Positions 48,723 through 60,843 are shown, counted from the first letter of the stretch. The stretch is 64,000 nt of DNA from Trueperaceae bacterium (GCA_035703635.1 DASSXV010000069.1:24889-88888), one strand, 5' to 3'. The notes: a model not told the origin generated them from the sequence alone. Translations and numbers: made by a program.

Positions 48723-50834
48723 TCAGAAGAGCAGCCAGCCGCCCGAGAGTGCGATGACCCCAGCGAAGATCAACGCCACCGTGTTGATGACCTTGATGAG
48801 CGGGTTGATCGACGGGCCGGCGGTGTCCTTGTAGGGGTCACCGACGGTGTCGCCCACCACGCTGGCCGCGTGCGCCTCGGAGCCCTTACCGCCGTGGTTG
48901 CCATCTTCGATGTACTTCTTGGCGTTGTCCCACGCGCCGCCGCCGTTGCTCATCATGAGGGCCATCATCAAGCCGGACGCGATGACGCCGATGAGCAAGC
49001 CGCCGAGGGCGAGCGGTCCGAACAGGAACCCGACGAGGAGAGGCGCAGCCACGGCCATGATGCCAGGAACGGCCATCTCGCGCAGGGCGGCCGTGGTGAC
49101 GATGTCGACGGCCTTGCCGTAGTCGGGCTTGGCCGTGCCCTCCATGATGCCCTTGATCGTGCGGAACTGCCGGCGGACTTCCTCGATGACGGCGCCGGCT
49201 GCCTTGCCGACCGACTCCATGAGGAAGGCGCTGAAGAGGAACGGCAGCATGGCGCCGACGAGCAGGCCGACGAGGACGATGGGGTCGTTGAGGCGGAAGG
49301 CGGCGTCGCCGAAGGCCACAGGGTCGACGAGCTTGAGGCGCTCCGCGAAGTCGGCGAAGAGCACGAGCGCGGCAAGTGCGGCTGAGCCGATGGCGTAACC
49401 CTTGGTGACGGCCTTGGTGGTGTTGCCGACGGCGTCGAGGGCGTCGGTGTTGACGCGCACGGATGCCGGCAGGTCGGCCATCTCGGCGATGCCACCCGCG
49501 TTATCCGTGATGGGGCCGTAGGTGTCCATCGCGACGACCATGCCAGTGACGGAGAGCATGGCGACGGCCGCCACCGCGATGCCGTAGAGGCCGCCGATGG
49601 AGTAGGCGATGAAGATGGCGAGCACCAGGACCACGACGGGCAACGCGGTCGACTGCATGCCGACGGCGAGGCCGGAGATGATGTTCGTTGCGCTGCCGGT
49701 CTCTGACGCCTTGGAGACGCGCCTGACGGGTGCGTAGCGCGTGCTCGTGTAGTACTCGGTGATGAACATCATGGCGATGGTCACCACGATGCCGACGAGG
49801 CTGGCGAAGAAGAGCGAGGGCCACGTCATCTCTCGGCCTAGAACGGAGAAGTCGAAGCCGTTGAACATGGCGTAGGTGAGCACGCCGAAGGCGACGACGC
49901 TGATGCCCGCGCTGACGAACACGCCCTGGTACAGCGCGCCCATGATGTTGCTCGAGCCCTCCGGCAGGCGCACGAACTGCGTGCCGATGATGCTCGCGAT
50001 GATCGCGATGGCGCCGAGCAAGAGGGGGTAGAGCACGAGGTTCGTGACTACGCCAGTGCCAGGCAAGAGGTAGCCGAGGAAGACGGCGCCGATGGCCGTG
50101 ACGGCGTAGGTCTCGAACAGGTCGGCGCCCATGCCCGCGCAGTCGCCGACGTTGTCGCCGACGTTGTCGGCGATGACGGCTGGGTTGCGAGGGTCGTCTT
50201 CCGGGATGCCAGCCTCGAGCTTGCCCACGAGGTCGGCGCCGACGTCGGCTGCCTTCGTGTAGATGCCACCGCCGACGCGCGCGAAGAGGCTGATGAGCGA
50301 GGCCCCGAAGGCGAAGCCAACGAGCGGCTCGACGGGGTTAGGCAGCTCGAGCACTACGTGGAAGAGCCAGAAGAAGCCGGAAACACCGAGTAGGGCGAGG
50401 CCGGCGACGGCAAGGCCAGCCACCGCACCGCCGTTGAAAGCGATGCGCAAGGCCCCGGAGAGGCCACTGCGGGCCGCCTGCGCGACGCGCACGTTGGCGC
50501 GCACTGCAACGCTCATTCCGACGTAACCGCTGATGGCGCTGAAGAGCGCGCCGACCCCGAAGCCTGCCGTAGTCCACCACCACATGGTGCGGTCGTGAGC
50601 GTTGCCTGCCGTGAGCGCAACGACGGCGAACACGGCGGCGATGATGACCGCAACCACCGTGATGGTGCTGTACTGCCTGTTCATGTAAGCGGCAGCACCT
50701 TGGCGCACGGCGTCGGAGATCTCGACCATGCGCGCGTCTCCCGTTGGCGCGGCCATGATGGTGCGCGCCAAGAAGAACGCCGCCACAAGCGCCACGATAG
50801 CGGCCAAGGGGACAAGGGTGATCAGCAGATCCAT
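48723..50834 (-). CDS. hppA: Membrane-bound cation-translocating pyrophosphatase, K+-independent (H+-PPase) type
   Basis: Motifs [25 protein letters not shown] and [16 protein letters not shown] carries the Lys that marks K+-independent enzymes. Confidence 0.95.
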   Translation of the reverse strand: MDLLITLVPLAAIVALVAAFFLARTIMAAPTGDARMVEISDAVRQGAAAYMNRQYSTITVVAVIIAAVFAVVALTAGNAHDRTMWWWTTAGFGVGALFSAISGYVGMSVAVRANVRVAQAARSGLSGALRIAFNGGAVAGLAVAGLALLGVSGFFWLFHVVLELPNPVEPLVGFAFGASLISLFARVGGGIYTKAADVGADLVGKLEAGIPEDDPRNPAVIADNVGDNVGDCAGMGADLFETYAVTAIGAVFLGYLLPGTGVVTNLVLYPLLLGAIAIIASIIGTQFVRLPEGSSNIMGALYQGVFVSAGISVVAFGVLTYAMFNGFDFSVLGREMTWPSLFFASLVGIVVTIAMMFITEYYTSTRYAPVRRVSKASETGSATNIISGLAVGMQSTALPVVVLVLAIFIAYSIGGLYGIAVAAVAMLSVTGMVVAMDTYGPITDNAGGIAEMADLPASVRVNTDALDAVGNTTKAVTKGYAIGSAALAALVLFADFAERLKLVDPVAFGDAAFRLNDPIVLVGLLVGAMLPFLFSAFLMESVGKAAGAVIEEVRRQFRTIKGIMEGTAKPDYGKAVDIVTTAALREMAVPGIMAVAAPLLVGFLFGPLALGGLLIGVIASGLMMALMMSNGGGAWDNAKKYIEDGNHGGKGSEAHAASVVGDTVGDPYKDTAGPSINPLIKVINTVALIFAGVIALSGGWLLF

Positions 50835-51149
50835 GCTTCCTCCAGCGATATGCCAGGGCGCGGTCACTGACTTGCACCCGTGGACTGTGACGTTGATCGC
50901 CGGTCGCGTTAGCTGCGAACCGACGTCGGGCGGCCCGCCGCTCGAGGCGGTGAGGCGTCCGTTGAGCAGTGGCGAGCTTACCATTCACGGAGTTCTCATC
51001 AGCGGGCAGTACTCGGCGGGTAGCCGGCGGCGGTGCGCCTAGCCGCCCACCTGTTCCGGCGGGGCCGCGCGGAAGGTAGTAGCCTGAACGCGGGTCCAGC
51101 ACTGGTGCCACCTGTCGGGCCAGCAGGCGGGCCTAACGGAGGTAGAGGC

Positions 51150-52835
<1,686 letters not shown>

Positions 52836-52861
52836 GCGCTCGCCGCGCTGAGTGCCGCGGG

Positions 52862-53695
52862 TCAGTCGACGTGCAGGGGCACGCTCAACACGGGGACCGT
52901 GCTCGAGCGGATGAGGGCGTCTGCGCGGCTGCCGAACAGTAGCCCAGCGGCCCCACGCTGGTGGCGCAGGCCGATGGCGATGAGCCCCGCGCCGACTTCT
53001 TGCGCTACTTGGGGGAGCACCGTTACGGGGTTGCCGGAGCGCACGACGAGGCGAGCGGCGGCCCCTTGCGAGAGCTCGCTTAGCTGCTGAGTTACGGCGT
53101 GCATGTTGTCGGCGTCGTCCTTCAGGCGCTCGTCGTCGATCACGTGGGCGAGGACCAGCTCGGAGCCCGCGCTCGCCAACTTGACCGCGAAGTCCCAGGC
53201 CGCGCCAGACGATGGCCCGAAGTCCGTTGCCACCAAGACGCGCTGCAGCGGCGCAGAGGTAGTTTCCTCCCGCACGGTGATGACGGGCACGCTGGCGCGG
53301 CGCACGAAGCGGCCAGCGACCCCGCCGAGGAACACACTGTCGAAGCGGTTGGCGCCGTGCGCGCCCATGACCACTAACTCGAAGCGGTCCTGCATGGCGA
53401 GGAGTTCCTCCACCGGGTTGCCCCACAGGAGCTCACTGGTGGCGTCTGGGCTGGAGAGGTGCGAGAGCATGCCGCGCAGGCGCTCGACTTCCTGGTGGCG
53501 GCTGTCGTCCGCTCGGCGGCTCAACTCTGGGTTGAAGCTGTCGAGTTGCGACCTCAAACGTGCGCTGTCTGACTCGAAGCGCTGCTGAACGTGCACCACG
53601 TGCAGCGTGCCGTTGGTCCGGCCACGCAAGTCGCGGGCCAGAGCTAACGCCAACTGGGCCGGCTGCGAGAAGTCGGTCGGGTGCAGGATCTGCAT
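52862..53695 (-). CDS. Tandem-domain universal stress protein
   Basis: Motifs ILHPTDFS, VVMGAHG, VLVATDFG and LFGSRADALIR. Confidence 0.9.
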   Translation of the reverse strand: MQILHPTDFSQPAQLALALARDLRGRTNGTLHVVHVQQRFESDSARLRSQLDSFNPELSRRADDSRHQEVERLRGMLSHLSSPDATSELLWGNPVEELLAMQDRFELVVMGAHGANRFDSVFLGGVAGRFVRRASVPVITVREETTSAPLQRVLVATDFGPSSGAAWDFAVKLASAGSELVLAHVIDDERLKDDADNMHAVTQQLSELSQGAAARLVVRSGNPVTVLPQVAQEVGAGLIAIGLRHQRGAAGLLFGSRADALIRSSTVPVLSVPLHVD

Positions 53696-53776
53696 GCTTA
53701 CCTCCAGGCGTGCGTTAGCGCATCATACGGGCAACGCCGTGTTGACCACGCAGAACAAAGCCGTGCCAGGCACCGT

Positions 53777-53793
53777 GTAGGCATAACGCCGAC
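53777..53793. promoter_or_regulatory. Candidate NarL/LuxR-type inverted-repeat box GTAGG-N7-CCGAC
   Basis: Lies between the divergent USP genes. A similar box occurs at 58937-58953. Confidence 0.35.
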
Positions 53794-53877
53794 GTGCGCG
53801 TAGGGGCTTTGCGAGCGCGCGAAGGCAACTAACGGTCGTACTCTGGTAGTAGGCGGAAGCGCCTTAGGAGGTCAGTT

Positions 53878-54330
53878 ATGTATCACAAGATCTTGATGCC
53901 CACCGACGGTAGCGCGAGTTCGGACCTTGCACTTCGCCAGGGCCTTGAACTCGCCAAGCAGCTTGGTGCCGAAGTCACCTTCCTACATGTGCTCGAGAAC
54001 CCACTCACCGCCGGTTACGCCACGCCGGAGACGCTGCCTTACTCCGCCCAGCTCTACCAGGACTTGCGCGAGGCCGCCATCGACCTACTCGATCAGGCGA
54101 AGGTCAAGGCCGAGTCGGCTGGAGTCGTGGCCACCACCGTACTGCTAGAGAACCACGACCCCGTTCAGGCCATTCACGCCGCTGAGGCGGACCACGACCT
54201 CGTCGTCATGGGAACTCACGGGCGGCGCGGGTTCAACCGCTGGATGTTCGGGTCCGTCGCCGAGGGCGCTCTGCGGCGCTCGAGCAAGCCGTTCCTGCTC
54301 GTGCGCTCCCAGGACGACAGCGAGGACTGA
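53878..54330 (+). CDS. Universal stress protein (ATP-binding type)
   Basis: Motifs ILMPTDGS and VVMGTHGRRGFNRWMFGSVAE. Confidence 0.93.
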   Translation: MYHKILMPTDGSASSDLALRQGLELAKQLGAEVTFLHVLENPLTAGYATPETLPYSAQLYQDLREAAIDLLDQAKVKAESAGVVATTVLLENHDPVQAIHAAEADHDLVVMGTHGRRGFNRWMFGSVAEGALRRSSKPFLLVRSQDDSED

Positions 54331-54366
54331 AACGAGGCGCCGTTAGCGCCCCTTGAGGAGGTAAAG

Positions 54367-54954
54367 ATGACCGCTGCCACCCGAAGTGAGCGCGTTCGAG
54401 TGCTTGTGCCGCTCGACGGCTCCGAGTTCTCGCGTCAAGTGATCCCATACATCATCGACGTGTTGCGTCCGGACACGCACAACGTGACGCTCCTGCGAGT
54501 AGCACCAGTGCCAGAGGGCTACAACCCGCTACCCCCGCGACCACTCGTGTTGGAGGGCTGGTCTGGGTCGGACGGCTTCCCTAGGAGTGAACCGCCCGTC
54601 TACTACAGCCAAGTCTACGAAGGCGCCGTCGCGAACCTAGAAGACGAGTTGTTGGATGAGGCGCGCCGCCTCGACACGGCGGGCTTCGAGGTCACCCCGG
54701 AGGTCCGTTTCGGTGACGCCGCGACAGAGATCGTGGCCGTCTTGGACGAAGGCAAGTTCAACCTCGTCGTGATGGCGACGCACGGGCGCTCTGGCGTCGT
54801 GAGGGTGCTCCTCGGCAGCGTCGCCGGCGAGGTTCTCAAACGGGTGCATGTGCCGGTGATGATGGTCAGGCCAGCGGTCGAAGCTGCAGGTGAGCGGGTA
54901 GCGGAGCCGAGCCGGGCCGCGGTCAGGCCAGCCACGAGCGACGCGCCAGCGTAG
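54367..54954 (+). CDS. Universal stress protein
   Basis: Motifs VLVPLDGS and VVMATHGRSGVVRVLLGSVA. Confidence 0.92.
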   Translation: MTAATRSERVRVLVPLDGSEFSRQVIPYIIDVLRPDTHNVTLLRVAPVPEGYNPLPPRPLVLEGWSGSDGFPRSEPPVYYSQVYEGAVANLEDELLDEARRLDTAGFEVTPEVRFGDAATEIVAVLDEGKFNLVVMATHGRSGVVRVLLGSVAGEVLKRVHVPVMMVRPAVEAAGERVAEPSRAAVRPATSDAPA

Positions 54955-54958
54955 TTAA

Positions 54959-55630
54959 GTGGACGGTCTTCTCGGCGCAGCTGGCGGGGGTGCTGACCTC
55001 TTGCGCGCACTGTTCAGGGCGCACGAGCAGGAGCGCGCAGCAGTCGCGGCCGAGTTGCACGAGGACGTAGGCCAGGCGCTCAAGGCGTTGCTGCTCGGCC
55101 TGCAGCGCCTCGAAGGTGGGGCGCCTGGCGCTGCGGAAGTCCAGCGGCTCAAGCGGCTCACGGGTGAGACGCTCGAGGTCGTAAGGCGCATGGCCCTCGA
55201 GCTTAGGCCCTCGACGCTCGATGAGCTGGGTCTGGCGCCGGCGCTGCGGGCAGCAGCTCGCGCTGCCGAGGCCAAGAGCGGCTTGACCGTCACCGTCCAC
55301 TCCGACCTGCCAGTGCCGCCACCGCGGCCGGCGGGCGGCGCGCCGGAGGTGGAGCTCGCGCTCTTCCGCGCTGCCCAAGAGGCGCTCACGAACGTCGTGC
55401 GGCACGCACGGGCGGCCACGGCCTCGATCGTAGTTACCGGCGGCCAGGCGTCATGGTCCCTCGTCGTGGAGGATGACGGCGTCGGCTTCGACACGACTGC
55501 TGTAGTCGAGTCTGCGCGGCGCGGCCTAACGTGCGCCAGAGCGTGGCTAGTGGCGCTTGGCGGGGAGCTTCACATCGAGAGCTCGCTAGGGGGAGGAACG
55601 TCCGTATACGGACGCGTGCCGGTCGGCTAG
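54959..55630 (+). CDS. Sensor-less HisKA_3 (NarX/DosS-type) histidine kinase
   Basis: H-box EQERAAVAAELHEDVGQAL, LRPSTLDELGL, QEALTNVVRHA and DDGVGF. Confidence 0.8.
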   Translation: MDGLLGAAGGGADLLRALFRAHEQERAAVAAELHEDVGQALKALLLGLQRLEGGAPGAAEVQRLKRLTGETLEVVRRMALELRPSTLDELGLAPALRAAARAAEAKSGLTVTVHSDLPVPPPRPAGGAPEVELALFRAAQEALTNVVRHARAATASIVVTGGQASWSLVVEDDGVGFDTTAVVESARRGLTCARAWLVALGGELHIESSLGGGTSVYGRVPVG

Positions 55631-55638
55631 CGTTAGGC

Positions 55639-56289
55639 ATGGCGCCACGTACCATCAGGCTCTTACTCATCGACGACCACGTCCTCGTGCGTTCCGGCGT
55701 GCGCTCCCTGCTCGAGTTCCACGACTCTCCCCACTTCGTCCTCGAGGTGGTCGGCGAGGCTGGCTCGGCCGAGCAGGCCCAGATGCTGATCGAGGCGCTG
55801 GCACCTGACGTCGTGCTCCTCGACCTCTCCCTGCCTGGGCGGAGCGGCATCGAGGCGCTCGCTGACTTGCGGGCCGCGGCTCCACAAGCGCGCTTCATCG
55901 CGCTATCCATGTACGAGGACCCCGAGTACGTTCAGCGCTTCTTGCAGGGTGGCGGTGTCGGGTACGTACCCAAGACGTCGCTAGAGGCGGAGCTCGTGGA
56001 CGCGATCTTGGCGGTCGCCCGCGGCGAGTACTACGTGCCGTCGCGGTTGTTGGCGCACCTTGCCCGCGAACTAGCCAATCCAGACCCCTACCGCGCGGCC
56101 CAACTTACGGACCGGGAGCAGGAGGTCGTCACAGGCATCGCGTCTGGCGCTACTTACCGCGAGATCGCGGCGGAACTCGGCCTTAGCGAGAAGACCGTGG
56201 CGACCTACCGCGCAAGGGCGTCAGAGAAGCTCGGGGTGCGTTCGCGTGCCGAGCTCGTGCGCTGGGCGCTTGAGCAGCACCTTGTCTGA
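55639..56289 (+). CDS. NarL/LuxR-family response regulator
   Basis: Receiver motifs LLIDDH, LLDLSLP and YVPK. HTH LTDREQEV..EIAAELGLSEKTV. Likely start is MAPRTIR. Confidence 0.92.
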   Translation: MAPRTIRLLLIDDHVLVRSGVRSLLEFHDSPHFVLEVVGEAGSAEQAQMLIEALAPDVVLLDLSLPGRSGIEALADLRAAAPQARFIALSMYEDPEYVQRFLQGGGVGYVPKTSLEAELVDAILAVARGEYYVPSRLLAHLARELANPDPYRAAQLTDREQEVVTGIASGATYREIAAELGLSEKTVATYRARASEKLGVRSRAELVRWALEQHLV

Positions 56290-56340
56290 CCGAACCTTGG
56301 GCGAGGCCAAGCACGGCCCCGCCCCGAATGCCTGCGCGCC

Positions 56341-58830
56341 TCACAGGCGCTTGAAGAGCGCTCCGCAGAAACCGCCGTACCCTGCTTCGGGAACGCCGCC
56401 CCACAACGCGTCGATGGTCGCCATGAGGATGGTCGAAGTCCAGTCGTTCACGTTCGGGAACATGCTCGCCGCCGTGTTGATCCCTGAGCAGACGGTAGTG
56501 AAGATGCACTCTGCGAGGGCGTCCTTGCTTTCTTGCGAGTAGCCCTGCAGGGGCAGGCTGATGGTCATGCCGAGGCAACGCCCGATGGAGGCGTACTGGT
56601 TGAGGGCGGTGCGCAGTTGCAGCACGATGTTCGTCTGCTCGACGTACTCGCTCATCGCCTGACCCCAGCCGCGGTCACCGATGCCGAGGACGGCGCCAGT
56701 AACCGGGTCGATGCTCCACCAACCCACCGCGTCAGCGCCACCCTGCGGCACGAGCGCGAGGCGGCCTGCCGTCAGGTCCGCCACGACGCGCGCGCGCAAG
56801 TCTGCCGTGAGGTCGGGCGCGGCGGAGTCTAGTTCGGCGGCGTCGGCGACGACCCGCCAAGCGCGGCCAGCGGCCAGGTCGGCGGAGAAGGCCGCAGAGA
56901 CCGCGGCTGGGCCGGTGGCGCGGGTGCTCGGGTCGGCTAGGTGCTCCTGCAGCACCGCCTCGATGACGGTGTCTTGCACGCCTTGGCCGAGTTGCGTTGG
57001 GCGCGCTGCCGCCTGGTCGAGAGCGGTGACGGCGCCAGAAACGACGTCGAACGCGGTGCGCGTGATCAGGTCGGCACCAAGGCTGCGGTGGTAGGCGACC
57101 ACCAGCGGCGCGGACTGCACGCCTTGGAGGTGAGCGCCGCGGAGCTGCGAGTAGCGTTCGAGCGGAGTAGTCAGCCCCGCGATGCCGTCCAGGCGTTCCG
57201 CGATGGTGGCTGGCGGCAACTGGCCGCTCAGCGCGTAAACCTCTTCCCAGGCCGACCGTTGTTGGAGGAGGCGGCCGAGCGCTGCCGCCTGGGTGGCTTG
57301 CGCCGGCAGGTTAGCGCCGAGCACGAGGATCTCCGTCTGGCCAGATAGCGCCGCGGCGCGCAGCAGGCGTTGTTCGTCCGTCAGCTGGAGTTCGCTCACG
57401 CCGGCAGCGCGGGCGGCCGGGCCGATGAGGTCGAAGACCTCCCTGCGGTACGTCGCTTCGAACGCGCCGGCCGCCGTCACGGTGTAGTCGAGCCACATGG
57501 CCGTGAAGGCGCCAGCGTTCTCGTCGCTTGCGCCGGCCGTTGCGCCGCCGAAGCCGCCGAACATGCCGCCGATGCCGCCGCCGAGCATGCCAGCGTTACC
57601 AGCAGCGCCGCCGGCGGTGCCGTGCGTCGTTACCACTCCGTCGACGCCGACGGTGGAGTCACCGAAGGTGGCGTCGTCGACGAACAGCGTCGGCCGCCAG
57701 CCCGTGACCGCTAGGAGGGCGGTCTGGTACGCGGCCGTCGCGTTAGGTTCTGCGGTGAGGTCGACGTCCGGCCAGTCGGTGGGCAGCGCAGCGAAAGCCA
57801 CGGCACGCCCTGGGCCAGCAGCACTCAGCAGGTCGGTGGCGGCAACTTCGGTCTCGCTGAGGGCCTCACCGTCCCACGACTCCACGACGACGGCAACGTG
57901 AACGCGGTGAAGGCGGTCGCCGCACGAGAGGTCGCGGCATGAACCGTCGACCGCCGCGAGCAGCCGCAGGTCCGTGAGGTCGAAGCGCAACTGGGCTGGC
58001 GCGATGCTGCTCCCGACGGTCGCATCTGCCAGTGTCGGGTCTAGGTCGAGCCAACCACCGGTCGCTTCGACGTTCACCCACCAATGGTCTGCCACGAGCT
58101 CAGTTGGATCTGGCAGTGCCGCGCCGAGGTAGTCGGCCGCGTGCCCTGACTCCTCGAGTGCCGCGAGCACGGCCGCGCTCTGGTAGTTGCTCCGCTCCGT
58201 TACGGCGCGGTCGACGGCGGCGTTGGCCGCCACGAACGGCGCGAAGCGCGCCTCGATGGCTGCCGGCTCGAGCCCGTAGAGCGTCGCTAGTCGCTGGACG
58301 GCGGGGCCAGCGTCTACTTGACCGTCGGTGGTTGGGGGGAGGCGCAGTGCTGCGACGGCCGTAGCGGCCTGCTGTGAGTCGAGCACGGCGTGAGCGACTA
58401 TGGCGCGGTTGCCGTTCGCCTCCAATAGTGCCTTGAGGAGCAGGGCGCGGTCGAGTGAGTTGCCTGCGCGGTCCATGAGCACCCCGGCCGGCCCCTTGAG
58501 GGCGCCCCGGTACGGCACGTAGCCGATGCTGCCCTGCACGAAGGCGTAGATGCTCTCGACGCTCACCTCTCCTGGGTTACCGAGGGTGGCGAGGGCGGCG
58601 GCGACCTCGAAGTCCGCCTTCGGCGCCTCAGCGAGCGCCTGTTCGAGGTTCGCGAAGAGCACGGCTGGCTCTGGCGGGGTCTGAGCGAAGGAATAGGGGA
58701 GCGTCAGCGCGAGCAGCATGACCACGGCGAGCGTTGCGAGCGCCCGCTCGCGGCCTCTCGAACGAGCGCGCCCGCCGCCATCCGAACGCGTGAGAAGCCG
58801 AGCGTGTGAACTTGCCGGTCCTCGGTCCAT
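56341..58830 (-). CDS. Exported transglutaminase-like protein
   Basis: Signal/TM region, then YVPYRGALKGPAGVL..GNSLDRALLL and HWWV..WLDLDPT. ATG at 58830 follows GGAGG. Confidence 0.65.
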   Translation of the reverse strand: MDRGPASSHARLLTRSDGGGRARSRGRERALATLAVVMLLALTLPYSFAQTPPEPAVLFANLEQALAEAPKADFEVAAALATLGNPGEVSVESIYAFVQGSIGYVPYRGALKGPAGVLMDRAGNSLDRALLLKALLEANGNRAIVAHAVLDSQQAATAVAALRLPPTTDGQVDAGPAVQRLATLYGLEPAAIEARFAPFVAANAAVDRAVTERSNYQSAAVLAALEESGHAADYLGAALPDPTELVADHWWVNVEATGGWLDLDPTLADATVGSSIAPAQLRFDLTDLRLLAAVDGSCRDLSCGDRLHRVHVAVVVESWDGEALSETEVAATDLLSAAGPGRAVAFAALPTDWPDVDLTAEPNATAAYQTALLAVTGWRPTLFVDDATFGDSTVGVDGVVTTHGTAGGAAGNAGMLGGGIGGMFGGFGGATAGASDENAGAFTAMWLDYTVTAAGAFEATYRREVFDLIGPAARAAGVSELQLTDEQRLLRAAALSGQTEILVLGANLPAQATQAAALGRLLQQRSAWEEVYALSGQLPPATIAERLDGIAGLTTPLERYSQLRGAHLQGVQSAPLVVAYHRSLGADLITRTAFDVVSGAVTALDQAAARPTQLGQGVQDTVIEAVLQEHLADPSTRATGPAAVSAAFSADLAAGRAWRVVADAAELDSAAPDLTADLRARVVADLTAGRLALVPQGGADAVGWWSIDPVTGAVLGIGDRGWGQAMSEYVEQTNIVLQLRTALNQYASIGRCLGMTISLPLQGYSQESKDALAECIFTTVCSGINTAASMFPNVNDWTSTILMATIDALWGGVPEAGYGGFCGALFKRL

Positions 58831-59067
58831 AAGACACCTCCGTTGTTGGTTAGCAGGCCACTGTGTGGCGGACGCACACTTTACTACCGCAACTGCCGGT
58901 GCTGCTTGAGGGCAAGCGGGTGGGAGGCCTGGCCGAGTACGCGAAAGTCCTACAAGCATGTAGGGCTGGCGTGGCGGCGGCGGGGAGTCGGTCGGGGCTA
59001 GCGTGGAGCCAGGAGCGGAGCGCTACGCCAACCGGGCCACGCGCCTCCGCCCGGCAGTGGAGGGAAC

Positions 59068-59829
59068 ATGAGACTAGCGGGCAAGACGGTGCTCATCACG
59101 GGCGCGGGTTCGGGGATGGGCCGCGCGATGGCCATTCGGTTCGCGGTGGAGGGCGCCAAGGTCTACGGCGCGGACTGGAACGAGCAGAGCCTCCAAGGCG
59201 TGATCGGCGAGGTAACGGCGGCGGGCGGCGTCATGACTGGCGGGCGTACCAACGTTGCTGACCGCGCTGAGACCGAAGCCATGGTCGCCGCCGCAGTGGC
59301 CGCGTACGGGAAGCTGGACGTGCTCGTCAACAACGCCGGCGTCATGGACATCAACCAGGGCGTCGCAGACTTAGACGACGCCGTATACCGCCGCGTCATG
59401 GGCGTCAACGTCGACGGGCCAGTGTTCGCCAGCCGTGCGGCCATCAACGCCATGGGTGAGCGCGGAGGGACGATCCTCAACATCGCCAGCGTGGCGGGAG
59501 TTGGCGGCGGCGCAGCAGGCGCGGCGTACACCATGTCGAAGCACGCCGTCGTTGGCTTGACGAAGAACACGGCCTTCGTTTACGGCCCCAAGGGCATCCG
59601 CTGTAACGCCATCATCGTGGGCGCCGTGGCGACGAACATCATGACGAGCGTCGACGCCAGCAAGATGAACGCCTACGGCAGCAGTCGCATGCAGCGTTAC
59701 TACAACCTCATCCCCGCGCAGCTCCAGCCGGACGACATCGCCAACACGGCCCTCTTCCTCGTTTCCGACGAGGCCAGCATGGTGAACGGCGCGCTACTAG
59801 CGGCAGACGGGGGTTGGACCGCCGCCTGA
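59068..59829 (+). CDS. SDR-family NAD(P)-dependent oxidoreductase
   Basis: Motifs [17 protein letters not shown] and DGGW. Confidence 0.93.
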   Translation: MRLAGKTVLITGAGSGMGRAMAIRFAVEGAKVYGADWNEQSLQGVIGEVTAAGGVMTGGRTNVADRAETEAMVAAAVAAYGKLDVLVNNAGVMDINQGVADLDDAVYRRVMGVNVDGPVFASRAAINAMGERGGTILNIASVAGVGGGAAGAAYTMSKHAVVGLTKNTAFVYGPKGIRCNAIIVGAVATNIMTSVDASKMNAYGSSRMQRYYNLIPAQLQPDDIANTALFLVSDEASMVNGALLAADGGWTAA

Positions 59830-59892
59830 GAGCGTTACTTCACACGAGTGATCAGGGCGCTGCGCCGCCACGGCACGGGGTAACCTTGAAGC

Positions 59893-60843
59893 GTGAACCG
59901 CACCGTAGGCAAGGCGCAGCGCCTGGCTTCGTTGCGCGAGGAGCTGGAGCGGCGCCCGCGCAGCGTGGTCGAGTTGGCGCACCTGCACGGCTACACCCGC
60001 CGCACGATCGAACGGGACCTCGTCACGCTCAGCGAGGACATGGGCGTCGACCTCCGGAAGGACGACAAGCACCGCTACTTCGTGCCGAACAAGCCGACCG
60101 CACTCAACGAGGTGGAGGCGCTCGCCGTTTACAGCGCCACGCGGCTGCTCCTGCACACGGGCGTTGGTGAACGGCATTACCGCGCTGCGCTTGAGAAACT
60201 GGCGCGGCAGGTGCCAGAGACGGCGCGGCGCTCGTTACTCGCCAGCGTCGACGACCTACGCTCAGGGCCTGAAGACCGCGTGCTCGACCTCGTGGCGCAA
60301 GCCTGGTTCCAACAGCGGGTGCTGAGCTGTACTTATGAATCCGCCAACTCCGGCACGACGCGCGCGCGTGACCTGCACATCTACTTCTACGAACTGAACC
60401 GCCGCAACTTGGAGCCGTACGTGCTCGCGTACGACGCCACCGTCCGCAAGGGAGTCGCGATATTCAAACTCGCGCGCATGCAGCAGGTAGTTCTGCGCCC
60501 CGCGACGTACGAGATCCCGGCGGACTTCGACCCGAAGCAGCAGCTCGCGGCGGCGTTCGGCATCGTGGTCGGCGAGGAGATCGAGATAACCCTTCACGTT
60601 GGCGAGACCGTCGCGCGGCGCATGGCAGAGAACTTCGACCGCAACCTGCGGTTCGGTGACGTTGCTTCGGATGGCAGGCGCGTCGTGTACCTGACCGGCA
60701 CGGTCGACTCGCACGGGCAACCGCTCGAGCTCCTGCCGTGGCTCCTTGGTTGGGGCGCGTCCGTAGAGGTCGTGGCGCCCGAGACCGTGCGGTTGCGGAT
60801 GGTCGAGGAGTTGCGCAAGGCGATCGGGGCGTACGCCGACTGA
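59893..60843 (+). CDS. HTH-WYL-WCX transcriptional regulator
   Basis: wHTH with RRTIERDL, WYL-like PYVLAY..FKLARM, and WCX WLLGWGASVEVVAP. Leaderless-type TAACCT 6 nt upstream. Confidence 0.88.
   Translation: MNRTVGKAQRLASLREELERRPRSVVELAHLHGYTRRTIERDLVTLSEDMGVDLRKDDKHRYFVPNKPTALNEVEALAVYSATRLLLHTGVGERHYRAALEKLARQVPETARRSLLASVDDLRSGPEDRVLDLVAQAWFQQRVLSCTYESANSGTTRARDLHIYFYELNRRNLEPYVLAYDATVRKGVAIFKLARMQQVVLRPATYEIPADFDPKQQLAAAFGIVVGEEIEITLHVGETVARRMAENFDRNLRFGDVASDGRRVVYLTGTVDSHGQPLELLPWLLGWGASVEVVAPETVRLRMVEELRKAIGAYAD

Noticed and set aside
50975-51010. CTGATGAG on the minus strand suggesting a hammerhead ribozyme or fluoride riboswitch
   Set aside because: The GAAA core and stems of a hammerhead and the GATGG..TCGCC 5' part of the fluoride aptamer are missing.
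54367-55630. Possible frameshifted or readthrough USP-kinase fusion
   Set aside because: The two frames differ, there are two stops (TAG, then TAA in the kinase frame), and no slippery sequence is evident.
59840-59851. TCAC-ACGA-GTGA hairpin resembling a guanidine-II loop
   Set aside because: It is a single weak 4-bp hairpin. Guanidine-II riboswitches need two ACGR hairpins and a relevant downstream gene.
59893-60843. WYL gene as a marker of a CRISPR-Cas or BREX locus
   Set aside because: No cas or brx genes and no repeat-spacer array are visible in the window.
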